From: Actinomycetota bacterium
GTDB lineage: Bacteria > Actinomycetota > UBA4738 > HRBIN12
Assembly (NCBI GenBank): GCA_036265325.1
Contig: DATAPH010000029.1
Coordinates: forward strand, 41,347 to 105,346
Length of the DNA stretch: 64,000 bases
Reading direction: 5' to 3'
Made by a program: the position numbers and the translations under genes. Below, in pieces: positions 29,447 through 38,448 of this stretch (positions are counted from its first letter, which is position 1; each line of letters begins with the position of its first letter). The notes under the pieces are model-generated. The model saw nothing but the letters and a program-made list of their open reading frames with translations. It made no database searches and had not been told where the DNA came from.

Positions 29447-30292
29447 ATGCGCGAGCCCGAATCGATCCCCATCCACGAGATCCCCGCTGAGCCGGGCCCG
29501 GCAACGGCGGACAGCGGCCCCAGCGCGACCGAGCGCGGCATCGACTTCCTGGCCGGGGTCGTCTCGTTCGGCGCCGGGCTCGTCGTCGCCGCGCTCGACG
29601 GCGGCGACGACACGGACGAGCGCACGGCAGGCGTCGCCGCGTTCGTGGCCGCAGGCGCAGGCCTGTTCCTAGAAGGGCTGCGTGCGGCGGCGCCGATGCT
29701 CGGTTCGATCGAGCGAACCGCCGGACCGAAGATCGGATCGACCGGTGCCGGCGAGACCGTCGGCGAGCTGCTCGACCACTGGCGCTCCAGCTGGGAGGAC
29801 CGGCACGAGGACGAGCGGCAGCAGGTGGCAGACGAGCAGCTCCGCGCCACGTTCCAGCGCGCCGTCGACACCCTCCTCGGTCAGCTCGACCTGACCACCC
29901 TGGTGATCGACCACCTCGACATCCGGCGGGTGGCGGCAGGGGTCGACATCCAGGCGATGGTCGCGGATCTCGACATGGATGCGCTGGTCGGACGGCTCGA
30001 CATGGACCGCCTCCTGGACGGGATCGACATGGACCGGCTGCTCGATCGCATCGACATGGAGCGCCTCACTGCGCGGATCGACGTCGAGGCGCTGCTGGAC
30101 CGGGTCGACATGCCCGCGGTGGCATCGAGCGTGATCGATGACCTCGACATCCCGCAGGTGATCCGAGAAGCGACGGCCGACACGGCATCCGAGGGCGTGC
30201 GCGACGTGCGCCTGCGCGGTGTCGAGGCGGACCGGGCGATCCGCCGCGCGGTCAACCGGATCCTCTCGCGGTCCAACGGGGACGCGCCATGA
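29447..30292 (+). CDS. Hypothetical membrane-associated protein with about 10 tandem nonapeptide (L/I/V)D(M/I/V)xxLLxx repeats
   Basis: GGAGGA lies 9 nt upstream of ATG 29447. Two hydrophobic segments precede LDLTTLVID-H-LDIRRVAAG-VDIQAMVAD-LDMDALVGR-LDMDRLLDG-IDMDRLLDR-IDMERLTAR-IDVEALLDR-VDMPAVASS...LDIPQVIRE. ATGA overlap with the RDD gene. Confidence 0.7.
   Translation: MREPESIPIHEIPAEPGPATADSGPSATERGIDFLAGVVSFGAGLVVAALDGGDDTDERTAGVAAFVAAGAGLFLEGLRAAAPMLGSIERTAGPKIGSTGAGETVGELLDHWRSSWEDRHEDERQQVADEQLRATFQRAVDTLLGQLDLTTLVIDHLDIRRVAAGVDIQAMVADLDMDALVGRLDMDRLLDGIDMDRLLDRIDMERLTARIDVEALLDRVDMPAVASSVIDDLDIPQVIREATADTASEGVRDVRLRGVEADRAIRRAVNRILSRSNGDAP
29885..30169 (+). repeat. 27-nt periodic coding repeat (TCGACATGGA core)
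   Basis: tcgaca/tcgacg recurs at about 29915, 29943, 29970, 29997, 30024, 30051, 30078 and 30105, and again out of register at 30144. Confidence 0.8.
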
Positions 30293-30885
30293 CCACGCGC
30301 GCGACCGGCTTCGACACCGTTCCGAAGGAGGCACGCCCGTTCCACGGGCAGGCTGCCGGCCTGGTCACACGGACGATCGCCAACGTCGTCGACGTCGTCG
30401 TCGTCGCCGGGTTGCTCGGCGCCTGCTACCTGGGGGTCTCAGGCGTGCTGTTCCTGCGACGCGGCGCCGGTTTCACGTTCCCGATCGTGACCTACCGGAT
30501 GGCCTATCTCGTGGGCTTCGCGGGCTGGGTGATCTACATGACCTTCGGATGGCGCACCAATGGCCGCACCTACGGCGACCAGCTGCTCGGCCTTCGCGTC
30601 CGCAAGACGGATGGGGAGGACGTCGGGGGTATGCGCGCCCTGATCCGTGCACTGTTGTGCGGCATCGCACCGCTGCTTCTCGCATGGTGCGCCATCAGCA
30701 AGGACCAACGCAGCGTCCAAGACCTGATCGTCGGAACGCATGTGATCTACGACTGGGGCGGGTCGCGCCGGCGGCGCGTCTCAGACGACGCGGTCCGCGT
30801 GGGTGTAGACGTTGCACCGCCCGTCCCGGACGAACCCGACGACGGTCACGCCGAGCCGCTCCCCCGCGTCGACGGCGAGCGATGA
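30289..30885 (+). CDS. RDD-family membrane protein
   Basis: AGLVTRTIANVVDVVVV...RTYGDQLLGLRVRKTDGEDV...ALIRALLC; three TM helices. The C-terminal 35 codons overlap the fdhD 3' end on the other strand. Confidence 0.75.
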   Translation: MTTRATGFDTVPKEARPFHGQAAGLVTRTIANVVDVVVVAGLLGACYLGVSGVLFLRRGAGFTFPIVTYRMAYLVGFAGWVIYMTFGWRTNGRTYGDQLLGLRVRKTDGEDVGGMRALIRALLCGIAPLLLAWCAISKDQRSVQDLIVGTHVIYDWGGSRRRRVSDDAVRVGVDVAPPVPDEPDDGHAEPLPRVDGER

Positions 30886-31617
30886 CGGCGCACTGACCGC
30901 GCTCACCACGGGGATCCCCGCGACCGCCGCCTTCTGCACGATCTCGAACGACGCACGACCCGACACCTGCAAGACGCGATCCGACAGCGGGACGCGTCCG
31001 GCGAGCAGCTGTTCGCCGATGACCTTGTCCACGGCGTTGTGACGGCCGACGTCCTCACGGACCGAGAGCACAGACCCATCGGCGTCGAACAGACCGGCGG
31101 CGTGCAACCCGCCGGTGCGGTCGAACACACGCTGGGCTTCCCGAAGTCGGTCGGGCATCGAGACAAGCACGTCCGCGTCGACCGTGAAGCCGGGTGGGAC
31201 CACGTCGCACCGCACGACGATGTCGTCCAGCGACGCTTTCCCGCAGACGCCGCACGACGACGTAGCGAAGAAGTTCCGGGAGAGCTGCTCGGCGTCGAAC
31301 GGGCGCGCGAGTGTCACCGTCACGACGTTGTACTGCTGTTCCTCGTCGTCGAGGTCGTCGCAGTAGGCGACACGGCGGATATCGTCGGAAGTCACGAGGC
31401 CCTCGGTGAACAGGAATCCGGCGGCCAGTTCGAAGTCGCCGCCGGGCGTGCGCATCGTCACGGCGACGCGGTGGGCTTCCTGACCCGGCCCTTGTGACCG
31501 GATCTCGAGAGGCTCCTCGGTCGCAAGCGCGTCGGCGCGCTCCGAGCGCGCGTCCCCGTTGACCGCGACCACGCGCACAGGGGTCACGTTGCGTCGAACC
31601 TCTTCGGGAGCGGCCAT
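30781..31617 (-). CDS. fdhD: Formate dehydrogenase accessory sulfurtransferase FdhD (only the last 278 codons of the 991-aa ORF)
   Basis: MAAPEEV...TMRTPGGDFELAAGFLFTEG...SSCGVCGKASL...GGLHAAGLF...VGRHNAVDKVIG. The rest of the 991-aa ORF is antisense shadow of fhs. Confidence 0.88.
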   Translation of the reverse strand: MAAPEEVRRNVTPVRVVAVNGDARSERADALATEEPLEIRSQGPGQEAHRVAVTMRTPGGDFELAAGFLFTEGLVTSDDIRRVAYCDDLDDEEQQYNVVTVTLARPFDAEQLSRNFFATSSCGVCGKASLDDIVVRCDVVPPGFTVDADVLVSMPDRLREAQRVFDRTGGLHAAGLFDADGSVLSVREDVGRHNAVDKVIGEQLLAGRVPLSDRVLQVSGRASFEIVQKAAVAGIPVVSAVSAPSSLAVDAGERLGVTVVGFVRDGRCNVYTHADRVV

Positions 31618-31740
31618 ACCGCAAGTATGACGCTCCGAACAGCATGACCAGAAGTCAGACCGCCGGTCACGTTGATTCTCGGGGCGGCACCACGCTGCGC
31701 TAAGGTCCGGTGACCCCACCGTCGCAAGGAGTGTTCGCAC

Positions 31741-33411
31741 ATGCTGTCCGGACTCGAGATCGCCCAAGCAGCCGAGCTGCGGGCCATCGCAGAGGTCGCT
31801 GCCGACGCCGGCATCGAACCCGGCGAGCTTCGGCCGTACGGAGCGTCCCGAGCGAAGGTCTCGCTGTCCATCCTGGACCGGCTGGCGGACCGGCCCAACG
31901 GCAAGCTCGTGATCACGACGGCGATCACGCCGACCAAGGCGGGCGAAGGCAAAACGACGACGTCGGTCTCGCTGACCCAAGGCCTCGGATCGATCGGCAA
32001 GGACGTGATCCTCGCGCTTCGTGAACCGTCCATGGGCCCCGTCTTCGGGATCAAAGGCGGCGGCACCGGCGGCGGGTACGCACAGGTGGTGCCGATGGAG
32101 GAGATCAACCTCCACCTCAACGGGGACTTCCACGCGATCACCGCGGCGCACAATCTGCTCTCGGCGGCGCTCGACGCATCGATCTACCACGGCAACCCGC
32201 TCGACATCGATGCGCAGACGATCACCTGGCCGCGCACGCTCGACGTGAACGACCGCGAGCTCCGAAACACCGTGATCGGCCTCGGCGGGAAGGTCCACGG
32301 TGTGCCACGCCAGGAGGGGTTCGTGATCACCGCGGCGTCGGAGATCATGGCGATCCTCGCGCTCGCGAGCGACCTGCAGGACCTGCGCGCACGCCTCGGG
32401 CGGATCATCGTCGCGTCGACCCGCAACGGCCGTCCGGTGACCGCCGACGACCTGAAGGCAGCGGGCGCGATGACGGTGATCATGCGCGACGCGATCGAGC
32501 CGAACCTCGTGCAGACCCTCGAGCACCAACCGGTGTTCCTGCACGCCGGTCCCTTCGGCAACATCGCCCACGCGAACAACTCGATCATCGAAGACCGGAT
32601 CGCGCTCAAGCTCGCCGGATACGTCATCACCGAGGCCGGGTTCGCGAGCGACTTGGGCTTCCAGAAGTTCTGTGACATCGTCTGTCGGTTCGGTGGGTTC
32701 GCCCCCAGCGCCGGCGTGCTCGTGACGACGGTCAGGGCAACCAAGTCGCACGGCGGGATGGCGTTCAACGACCTCGGCACCGAGGACCTCGAGGCGCTCA
32801 AGCGCGGGATCGACAACCTGACCGCACATATCGGCATCCTTCGCGAATACGGCCTGCCGTGCGTCGTCTCGATCAACAACTTCCCGAGCGACACCGCCGC
32901 AGAGATCGCGTTGATCCGTGAGCTGGCGGTCGGCGCCGGCGCCGAGACGGTCGTCGTGAACCGCGGGTTCGCCGAGGGCGGCGCGGGCGCGACCGAGCTG
33001 GCCGAGGCCGTCGTCGAGGCGTGCGAACGGCCGAACACGTTTCACCAGCTCACGCCCGACGGCACCCCGCTCAAGGATCAGATCGAGGCGATCGCGACGC
33101 GGCTGTACGGCGCCGACGGCGTCGACTACCTCCCGCAGGCCGAGAAGGACATCGCGCGCATGGACGAGCTCGGGTTCGGCAGCGTGCCGGTGTGCATGGC
33201 CAAGACCCACCTTTCGCTCAGCCACGACCCGCTGATGCTCAACCGGCCGCGCGGCTTCCGACTCCCCGTGCGCGGCGTCGTGCCGAGTGCCGGCGCGGGA
33301 TTCGTCGTGGTGTTGTGCGGAGATATGCAGCGGATGCCGGGCCTCGGCGCGACGCCGAACTTCATGGGCGTCGACATCGACGCCGACGGCCGCACCGTCG
33401 GCTTGTTCTGA
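31741..33411 (+). CDS. fhs: Formate--tetrahydrofolate ligase
   Basis: ITPTKAGEGKTTTSVSL P-loop; 556 aa; FHAITAAHNLL and LHAGPFGNIAHA blocks. Confidence 0.93.
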   Translation: MLSGLEIAQAAELRAIAEVAADAGIEPGELRPYGASRAKVSLSILDRLADRPNGKLVITTAITPTKAGEGKTTTSVSLTQGLGSIGKDVILALREPSMGPVFGIKGGGTGGGYAQVVPMEEINLHLNGDFHAITAAHNLLSAALDASIYHGNPLDIDAQTITWPRTLDVNDRELRNTVIGLGGKVHGVPRQEGFVITAASEIMAILALASDLQDLRARLGRIIVASTRNGRPVTADDLKAAGAMTVIMRDAIEPNLVQTLEHQPVFLHAGPFGNIAHANNSIIEDRIALKLAGYVITEAGFASDLGFQKFCDIVCRFGGFAPSAGVLVTTVRATKSHGGMAFNDLGTEDLEALKRGIDNLTAHIGILREYGLPCVVSINNFPSDTAAEIALIRELAVGAGAETVVVNRGFAEGGAGATELAEAVVEACERPNTFHQLTPDGTPLKDQIEAIATRLYGADGVDYLPQAEKDIARMDELGFGSVPVCMAKTHLSLSHDPLMLNRPRGFRLPVRGVVPSAGAGFVVVLCGDMQRMPGLGATPNFMGVDIDADGRTVGLF

Positions 33412-33416
33412 GCGAT

Positions 33417-33860
33417 CTACGCCACCTCGTCGTCCGGCGGCATCACGCAGAACTCGTTGCCCTGCGGATCGAGCATCACGCACCAGACGCCGCCGTCGGC
33501 CTCGGCCCAGTTGTGGATCGTCGCGCCGAGGTTCTCGAGCCGCTCGACCTCCGCTTCGAGATCCTCGTCGGCGAGCACGTCGAGGTGCACGCGGTTCTTC
33601 GTCACCTTGTCCTCGGGCACCTCGGTGAAGAACAGCACCGGCAGCTCGGAGTCTTCCGGCGGCTCGACCATCACGGTCGGATCGTCCTCGGGATCGACGA
33701 TGCCTTTCGCTGCGAGGCGCGCGAGCTCGACCTCGTCGTAGGCGCCGACGTTCCACCCGAGCGCCTCGGCCCAGAACCGCGCGAGCGGGGCGGCATCACG
33801 GCAGTCGAAGACGATGGCGTCGATCCGCACGGCCGGAGCCTGCGCCGCGGGGCCTCGCAA
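33417..33860 (-). CDS. VOC (glyoxalase-like) family protein
   Basis: IDAIVFDCRDAAPLARFWAEALGW...VHLDVL...EVERLENLGA. Confidence 0.7.
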   Translation of the reverse strand: MRGPAAQAPAVRIDAIVFDCRDAAPLARFWAEALGWNVGAYDEVELARLAAKGIVDPEDDPTVMVEPPEDSELPVLFFTEVPEDKVTKNRVHLDVLADEDLEAEVERLENLGATIHNWAEADGGVWCVMLDPQGNEFCVMPPDDEVA

Positions 33861-33882
33861 CGCAAGTCCCGCGGCGATCCGC

Positions 33883-34665
33883 TCAGGCGTGGACCGCGAT
33901 GAAGAAGGCCTCGCTCACATCCCGCAGGAGCGACTGGGCCCGGTGGCGGAGCGAGTTCGCGGAATCGCTCAGCTCCTGTTGCCGCGTCTTGTCGATGAAT
34001 GTGATGGCGTTGATGTCCACGTTGGCCAGCGCGGACAGCGCGGCCGCGTGCAACGACGTCGCGGCGCTCAGCGCATCCGACGCCGCGTTGGGGTTGCCGG
34101 AGCTCAGCGTCTCTTCGGCGAGCGCCATCAGGTAGACCGCCCGCCGCGCCACCTCGAGCGGGATATCCGCGGCGCGCTCGAGCGACTTCTGCAGCGTCGT
34201 CGACCACGTGTGCTGCTCCTCGGGGGTGTTCTTCGGCAACTTGTATGCCGCCATGACGTCGCGATACGCCTCGGCGTCGCGGTCGGCCAGCGCAAGCAAC
34301 GCGTAGCGTTCGTCGTCGCATTCGTCGGCGATCGCACGCATCCGGTCCACGACCGACTCGTAGCCCTTCTTCTTGATGGTCAGGCGCGCGACCATCGCCA
34401 CGAGCGCCGCGCCGGCCGCGGCGGACACGGCGGCCCAGGCGCCACCGCCGGGCGTGGGCTGATCGGACGCGAGCTCCTCGAGATAGACGCCGACCCTTGA
34501 GCCGGCGGTCGGCATGTCCTCGATCGGCACCTTCTCAGGGGACGCCGTCGAGGCCGTGCTCGGAGCGGCGGCCCAGCCGCTCGCCGGCTGCTCGGGACGT
34601 CCGAGACCCGGCACGGCGCCCGCCGTCGACTCCGATCCCTGCCGGCCGCCCCACTGGTCGCTCAC
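33883..34665 (-). CDS. Cyclodeaminase/cyclohydrolase-family protein (FTCD C-terminal-domain-like) with a 55-aa low-complexity N-terminal extension
   Basis: LEELASDQPTPGGGAWAAVSAAAGAALVAMVARL. The GTG start forms a GTGA overlap with the formimidoyltransferase stop. Confidence 0.8.
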   Translation of the reverse strand: MSDQWGGRQGSESTAGAVPGLGRPEQPASGWAAAPSTASTASPEKVPIEDMPTAGSRVGVYLEELASDQPTPGGGAWAAVSAAAGAALVAMVARLTIKKKGYESVVDRMRAIADECDDERYALLALADRDAEAYRDVMAAYKLPKNTPEEQHTWSTTLQKSLERAADIPLEVARRAVYLMALAEETLSSGNPNAASDALSAATSLHAAALSALANVDINAITFIDKTRQQELSDSANSLRHRAQSLLRDVSEAFFIAVHA

Positions 34666-35561
34666 GACGCCTCCTCGATCAGTCGCTCGAGCACCTGCGT
34701 CCGCCGGTCGAACCCGCGAAGCCGGACGTGGTCTGCGTCCTCCGGCGACAACGCAGCGTCCGGCACGAGTCCAATGATCTCGGTGTCGAGCACCTCTTCG
34801 CCGCGGGCCTCAGCCTGGGCGACGACGGCATCGTACGCCGTGCGCACCCCGGTGATCGTGAAATCGACGAGGTTCATCGAGACCGTCGAACAGTCTCGTT
34901 CGGGCACGAAGAAGCCGATCGCGCGGAGCGCCGGCAGACCGCCGCTCGATTCCCGGATCGTGCGCGCGATGTCCTTCGCGGCATCTTCGTCGACGGTCAC
35001 GTAGGCGTTGAACGCCACGAGCGGCACCCGTGCGCCGACGGCGGTCGCGCCCGCCGACCCGATGGCGTGGGGGCCGAGATCGGGGAGCCGCTCCCCCTTC
35101 GCCACGGCGTCGCGCAGGCCTTCGTACTCGCCCTTCCGCACCACGGCGAGCGACCGCCGCTCCGGCAGCAACGCGGCTTGGTCGTACAGGTACACCGGAA
35201 GGTCGAGCGCGCCGGCGAGCTCTTCACCCACCTCGCGCGCCAACGCGACGCACTCGGCCATCTCGACGTCGCGGACCGGCATGAACGGGATGACGTCGGT
35301 CGCGCCCATCCTCGGATGGCCGCCCCGGTGGCGCTCCATGTCGATCAACCCGGCCGCGACCCGCGTCGCGTTGACGGAGGCACGGCGTACACCGTCGCGA
35401 CTCCCGAGCACCGTGGTGTCGAGCCGGTTGTGGTCGGCGTCGGCCTGCCGGTAGACGAGGTGGGCGCCCGGAACCTGCAGCGCGTCGCAGATGGCGTCCA
35501 TCACGTCGACGCGGCGCCCCTCCGAGAAGTTCGGCACGACACCGAAGATCGGCTCAGCCAC
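34662..35561 (-). CDS. Glutamate formimidoyltransferase (FTCD N-terminal-domain-like)
   Basis: GVVPNFSEGRRVDVMDAI...HPRMGATDVIPF. Confidence 0.85.
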   Translation of the reverse strand: MAEPIFGVVPNFSEGRRVDVMDAICDALQVPGAHLVYRQADADHNRLDTTVLGSRDGVRRASVNATRVAAGLIDMERHRGGHPRMGATDVIPFMPVRDVEMAECVALAREVGEELAGALDLPVYLYDQAALLPERRSLAVVRKGEYEGLRDAVAKGERLPDLGPHAIGSAGATAVGARVPLVAFNAYVTVDEDAAKDIARTIRESSGGLPALRAIGFFVPERDCSTVSMNLVDFTITGVRTAYDAVVAQAEARGEEVLDTEIIGLVPDAALSPEDADHVRLRGFDRRTQVLERLIEEAS

Positions 35562-35579
35562 GAGCGGAGGATAGTCGCC

Positions 35580-36659
35580 TCAGGCGCGAGGCTTCGCCTT
35601 CTCCGGATCCAGGATCGACAGGGGTGCAACCGTCGCGACCGCGCCGCCGACCTCGACCTTCGTCCCGTCATCGGCCACCGCGGTATCGAGGATCGCGAGC
35701 CCGATCGGGCCAACGCGGGGGCTGTCCGCAGGCGACGTCACGACGCCGACCTCCGCGCCGTCCCTGGTCACGGCCGTTCCCGCCTCCGGGACCGCGCCCT
35801 CGAACCGCAGGGTCTTGAAGCGCTTCGGGGGGTTCGACCCATAGGCCTTCAACGCGTCGGCGCCGACGTTCTCCGTGTCCGTCTTGATGAACCGGTCCAT
35901 CGACACGTCGTACGGCGACGTCTCGCCTGGCTGGTAGTCGACCGCGATGATGATCAGCCCGACCTCGGTGCGCGCCAGGTCGATGGCGTTCAGGCCGAAC
36001 GGCTTCGCGCCGGCCGACAGGAGCGCGTCCCACACGACCTGCGCGTTGTCGGGATCGACGACGACCTCATAGCCGTGCTCGCCGCTGAATCCGGTCCGCA
36101 GCACGTACGCCGGGACGCCGGCGACGGTGGTCATCGTGGGCCAGAAGCGGAAGTAGCCGAGCTCGCCGAGGTCGCGCTCGGTGAGCGGCTGCAGCGTCGC
36201 CTGTGACGTCGGCCCCTGGACCGCGATCATCGCGAGGTCGAGCGTCTTATGCGTGATCGAGGCGTCGAGATCGCTCGCCGTCTCGTTGAACCAATCCTCG
36301 AACCCGGCAGAGTTGATGAGGACCCAGTACCGGGCGTCATTGAACTTGTACACGTTGCCGTCGTCGACCATGTTGCCGTCGGCGTTGACGAAGGCGCCGT
36401 AGCGCACGGCGCCGTCGGGCATCCCGGCGAGCGAGTTGGTGAAGCGGCGCTGGATCAGCCGCGTGGCGTCCGGTCCGCTCACCTCGTACTTGCACGTCGA
36501 GAACAGATCCCAGATGCCGGTCGCGGTTCGGATAGCCTCGTATTCCTCGTTGACCGGCGTCCCCTCGTCCATGGCCCAGGGGAACCCGTCCTCCCAGATG
36601 ATCTCGGCGTTGTGGGCGACGTGCCAGTCGTGCAGCGGCGAGCGAACGTCCTCGGTCAT
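35580..36659 (-). CDS. Aminomethyltransferase-family (GcvT-like) protein, paralog 1
   Basis: EYEAIRTATGIWDLFSTCKYEVSGPDA...FSGEHGYEVV; 359 aa. Confidence 0.8.
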   Translation of the reverse strand: MTEDVRSPLHDWHVAHNAEIIWEDGFPWAMDEGTPVNEEYEAIRTATGIWDLFSTCKYEVSGPDATRLIQRRFTNSLAGMPDGAVRYGAFVNADGNMVDDGNVYKFNDARYWVLINSAGFEDWFNETASDLDASITHKTLDLAMIAVQGPTSQATLQPLTERDLGELGYFRFWPTMTTVAGVPAYVLRTGFSGEHGYEVVVDPDNAQVVWDALLSAGAKPFGLNAIDLARTEVGLIIIAVDYQPGETSPYDVSMDRFIKTDTENVGADALKAYGSNPPKRFKTLRFEGAVPEAGTAVTRDGAEVGVVTSPADSPRVGPIGLAILDTAVADDGTKVEVGGAVATVAPLSILDPEKAKPRA

Positions 36660-36684
36660 GCGATGGCTCCTTCCCGCCGCGCGG

Positions 36685-37770
36685 TCAGACGCGCGGACGC
36701 TCTTTCTTCGGGTCGTAGATGGATAGCACGTCGACGGTACCGGGCATGGCGCCGTCGGCGGTAACCGCCCGGACGGCGGTGCCGGGCGCCGCGAGCGCCG
36801 CGGGCACGATAGCGAGCGCGATCGGTCCGAACCGCGGGCTCATCGCCGGCGAGGTAAGCACGCCCGCATCGGCGCCATCGTCGCTCCGCAATGGGGTACC
36901 GTAGTCGACCCCCTCTTCGTCGAGCCGAACGGTGACGAAGCGGTTCGGTGGATCATCCGCGATCGTCCGGAGCGCCTCGGTACCCATCGTGAGCTCGTGG
37001 AACGTCACGAACCGGTCGAGCCCCAGGTCGAATGGCGATCGCTCGTGCGGCTCGTAGTCGTAATCGGTGACGATCATGCCGACCTCGATCCGGATCGGCT
37101 CGATCACGTCCATCCCGTACGGCGTCGCGCCAGCCGCTTCGACCGCCGCCCAGAGGTCCAGGGCATGCACGGGGCGCAGGAACAACTCGTAGCCAAGCTC
37201 GCCGCTGAAGCCGGTTCGCGACAGCCACACCGGTACGCCGCCGACCTGGACCTGTTCGGGGAGGAACCGGAAATACTTCAAGGCGTTGAGGTCAACGTCG
37301 GTCAGCCCTTGCAGGAGCTCCCGGCTCCGTGGTCCCTGGATCTGCATGCTCGGCAACTCGGGGGCGATGTACTCGATGGAGACGTCGAGGCCTTTGGTCG
37401 CGTCCGCGAAATACCCCGCTCGCTCGTCGCCGTTCGTGCACACCCAGAGGTGGTCATCCGCGAAGGTGAAGACCGTCCCGTCGTCCACGAGCATCCCGTC
37501 CTCGTCGACGAACCCGCCATACCGAATCTGACCGGGCTCGGCCCCCATGACGTCGTGGGTGTGGACCCTCTGCGCCGCCTCCTTCGCCTCGGGCCCGCGG
37601 AACTCCCATTTGTTGAGCGGCGAGAGGTCCCACATGCCGACGCCCTCGCGGATCGCGCGGTACTCGGCATCGACGTCGCCGAAGTTGGTGACCCAGAGCC
37701 ATCCCGCCTCGTCGCCGAAGCCGGCGGCCGTCCGGGAGGTAACGGGATGGAACGCTGTTTCCCTCGCCAT
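36685..37770 (-). CDS. Aminomethyltransferase-family (GcvT-like) protein, paralog 2
   Basis: EYRAIREGVGMWDLSPLNKWEFRGPEA...FSGELGYELF; 361 aa. Confidence 0.8.
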   Translation of the reverse strand: MARETAFHPVTSRTAAGFGDEAGWLWVTNFGDVDAEYRAIREGVGMWDLSPLNKWEFRGPEAKEAAQRVHTHDVMGAEPGQIRYGGFVDEDGMLVDDGTVFTFADDHLWVCTNGDERAGYFADATKGLDVSIEYIAPELPSMQIQGPRSRELLQGLTDVDLNALKYFRFLPEQVQVGGVPVWLSRTGFSGELGYELFLRPVHALDLWAAVEAAGATPYGMDVIEPIRIEVGMIVTDYDYEPHERSPFDLGLDRFVTFHELTMGTEALRTIADDPPNRFVTVRLDEEGVDYGTPLRSDDGADAGVLTSPAMSPRFGPIALAIVPAALAAPGTAVRAVTADGAMPGTVDVLSIYDPKKERPRV

Positions 37771-37803
37771 GGCCGCCGTTCTACCGCACGCCTGAACGCG
37801 GGT

Positions 37804-38448
37804 TCAAGTCAGCGAGCGGTAGAGCGCGGTCAGCTCCCGAGGCGTCGGCTCGGGGCCGCCGGGCATCCGGGTGGCCAGCACGAGGAACAACTGGGCCGTC
37901 ACGAGCGCGTCGTCGAGGGCGTCGTGCGGATCGCTCACCGGCACGCCGAACCGGTCGGCCGTCGGGGTCAGCGCATAGCCCCTCGCGCGCCGGGCGCCCG
38001 CCGGCGCGCCGTCGATCACGATCGCCATGTCGCGCACGTCGATCACTCGGCGGCGCCACGCTCGGTCTGAGCCACCGAACAGCCTCCGCAGGAAGGCGAT
38101 CTCGACGTCGGCGTACCACGTGACGAGGAACCGGTTCGCGAGCGTGGCGCGAAGCCCGGCAGCCGCCTCCCGCGTCTCGGGCGCCTCGGCGAGGTCGACC
38201 TCGCGCAGGAGGTGGATCGTCTGCGACCGCGCCGACGGCGGCCGCGGGGGATGGATCAGCTGGTTCCGCGCGGCGCCGACGCGGACGCGGCCGCGCTCGA
38301 TCGGGACGGCCCCGTACGCGATCACGTGGTCGTGGTCGAGGTCCAGTCCGGTGGTTTCGAAGTCCAGCGCGACGAGCGAGGTCTGGTGCCACGGGAGGCC
38401 GCGCCGCGGATGCGGCGAGGCCGGTCGGCGACCGCCTAGCGCGCGCAC
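37804..38448 (-). CDS. DEDD-family 3'-5' exonuclease (DnaQ-like)
   Basis: LVALDFETTGLDLDHDHVI...HDALDDALVTAQLF. The GTG start overlaps the upstream gene end by 13 nt. Confidence 0.75.
   Translation of the reverse strand: MRALGGRRPASPHPRRGLPWHQTSLVALDFETTGLDLDHDHVIAYGAVPIERGRVRVGAARNQLIHPPRPPSARSQTIHLLREVDLAEAPETREAAAGLRATLANRFLVTWYADVEIAFLRRLFGGSDRAWRRRVIDVRDMAIVIDGAPAGARRARGYALTPTADRFGVPVSDPHDALDDALVTAQLFLVLATRMPGGPEPTPRELTALYRSLT

Noticed and set aside
31618-31740. ZTP (pfl) or THF riboswitch in the fdhD/fhs divergent region, since fhs is a common ZTP-regulated gene
   Set aside because: The conserved CCGCCUGGGC-type 3' sub-domain and the GGGUCGUGA-type 5' motif are not present. The only features are a short GGTCAC/GTGACC complementarity and an AAGGAG RBS.
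31618-33756. Upstream 713 codons of the 991-aa minus-strand ORF 30781..33756
   Set aside because: This part is antisense to the clearly recognisable fhs gene. It is an Arg/Gly/Asp-rich, low-complexity translation typical of high-GC shadow frames. Only the last 278 codons (FdhD) carry recognisable motifs.
34886-34903. TCGAACAGTCTCGTTCGG, considered as an SOS box
   Set aside because: The spacer is 6 nt instead of 4, and the site lies inside the formimidoyltransferase coding sequence.
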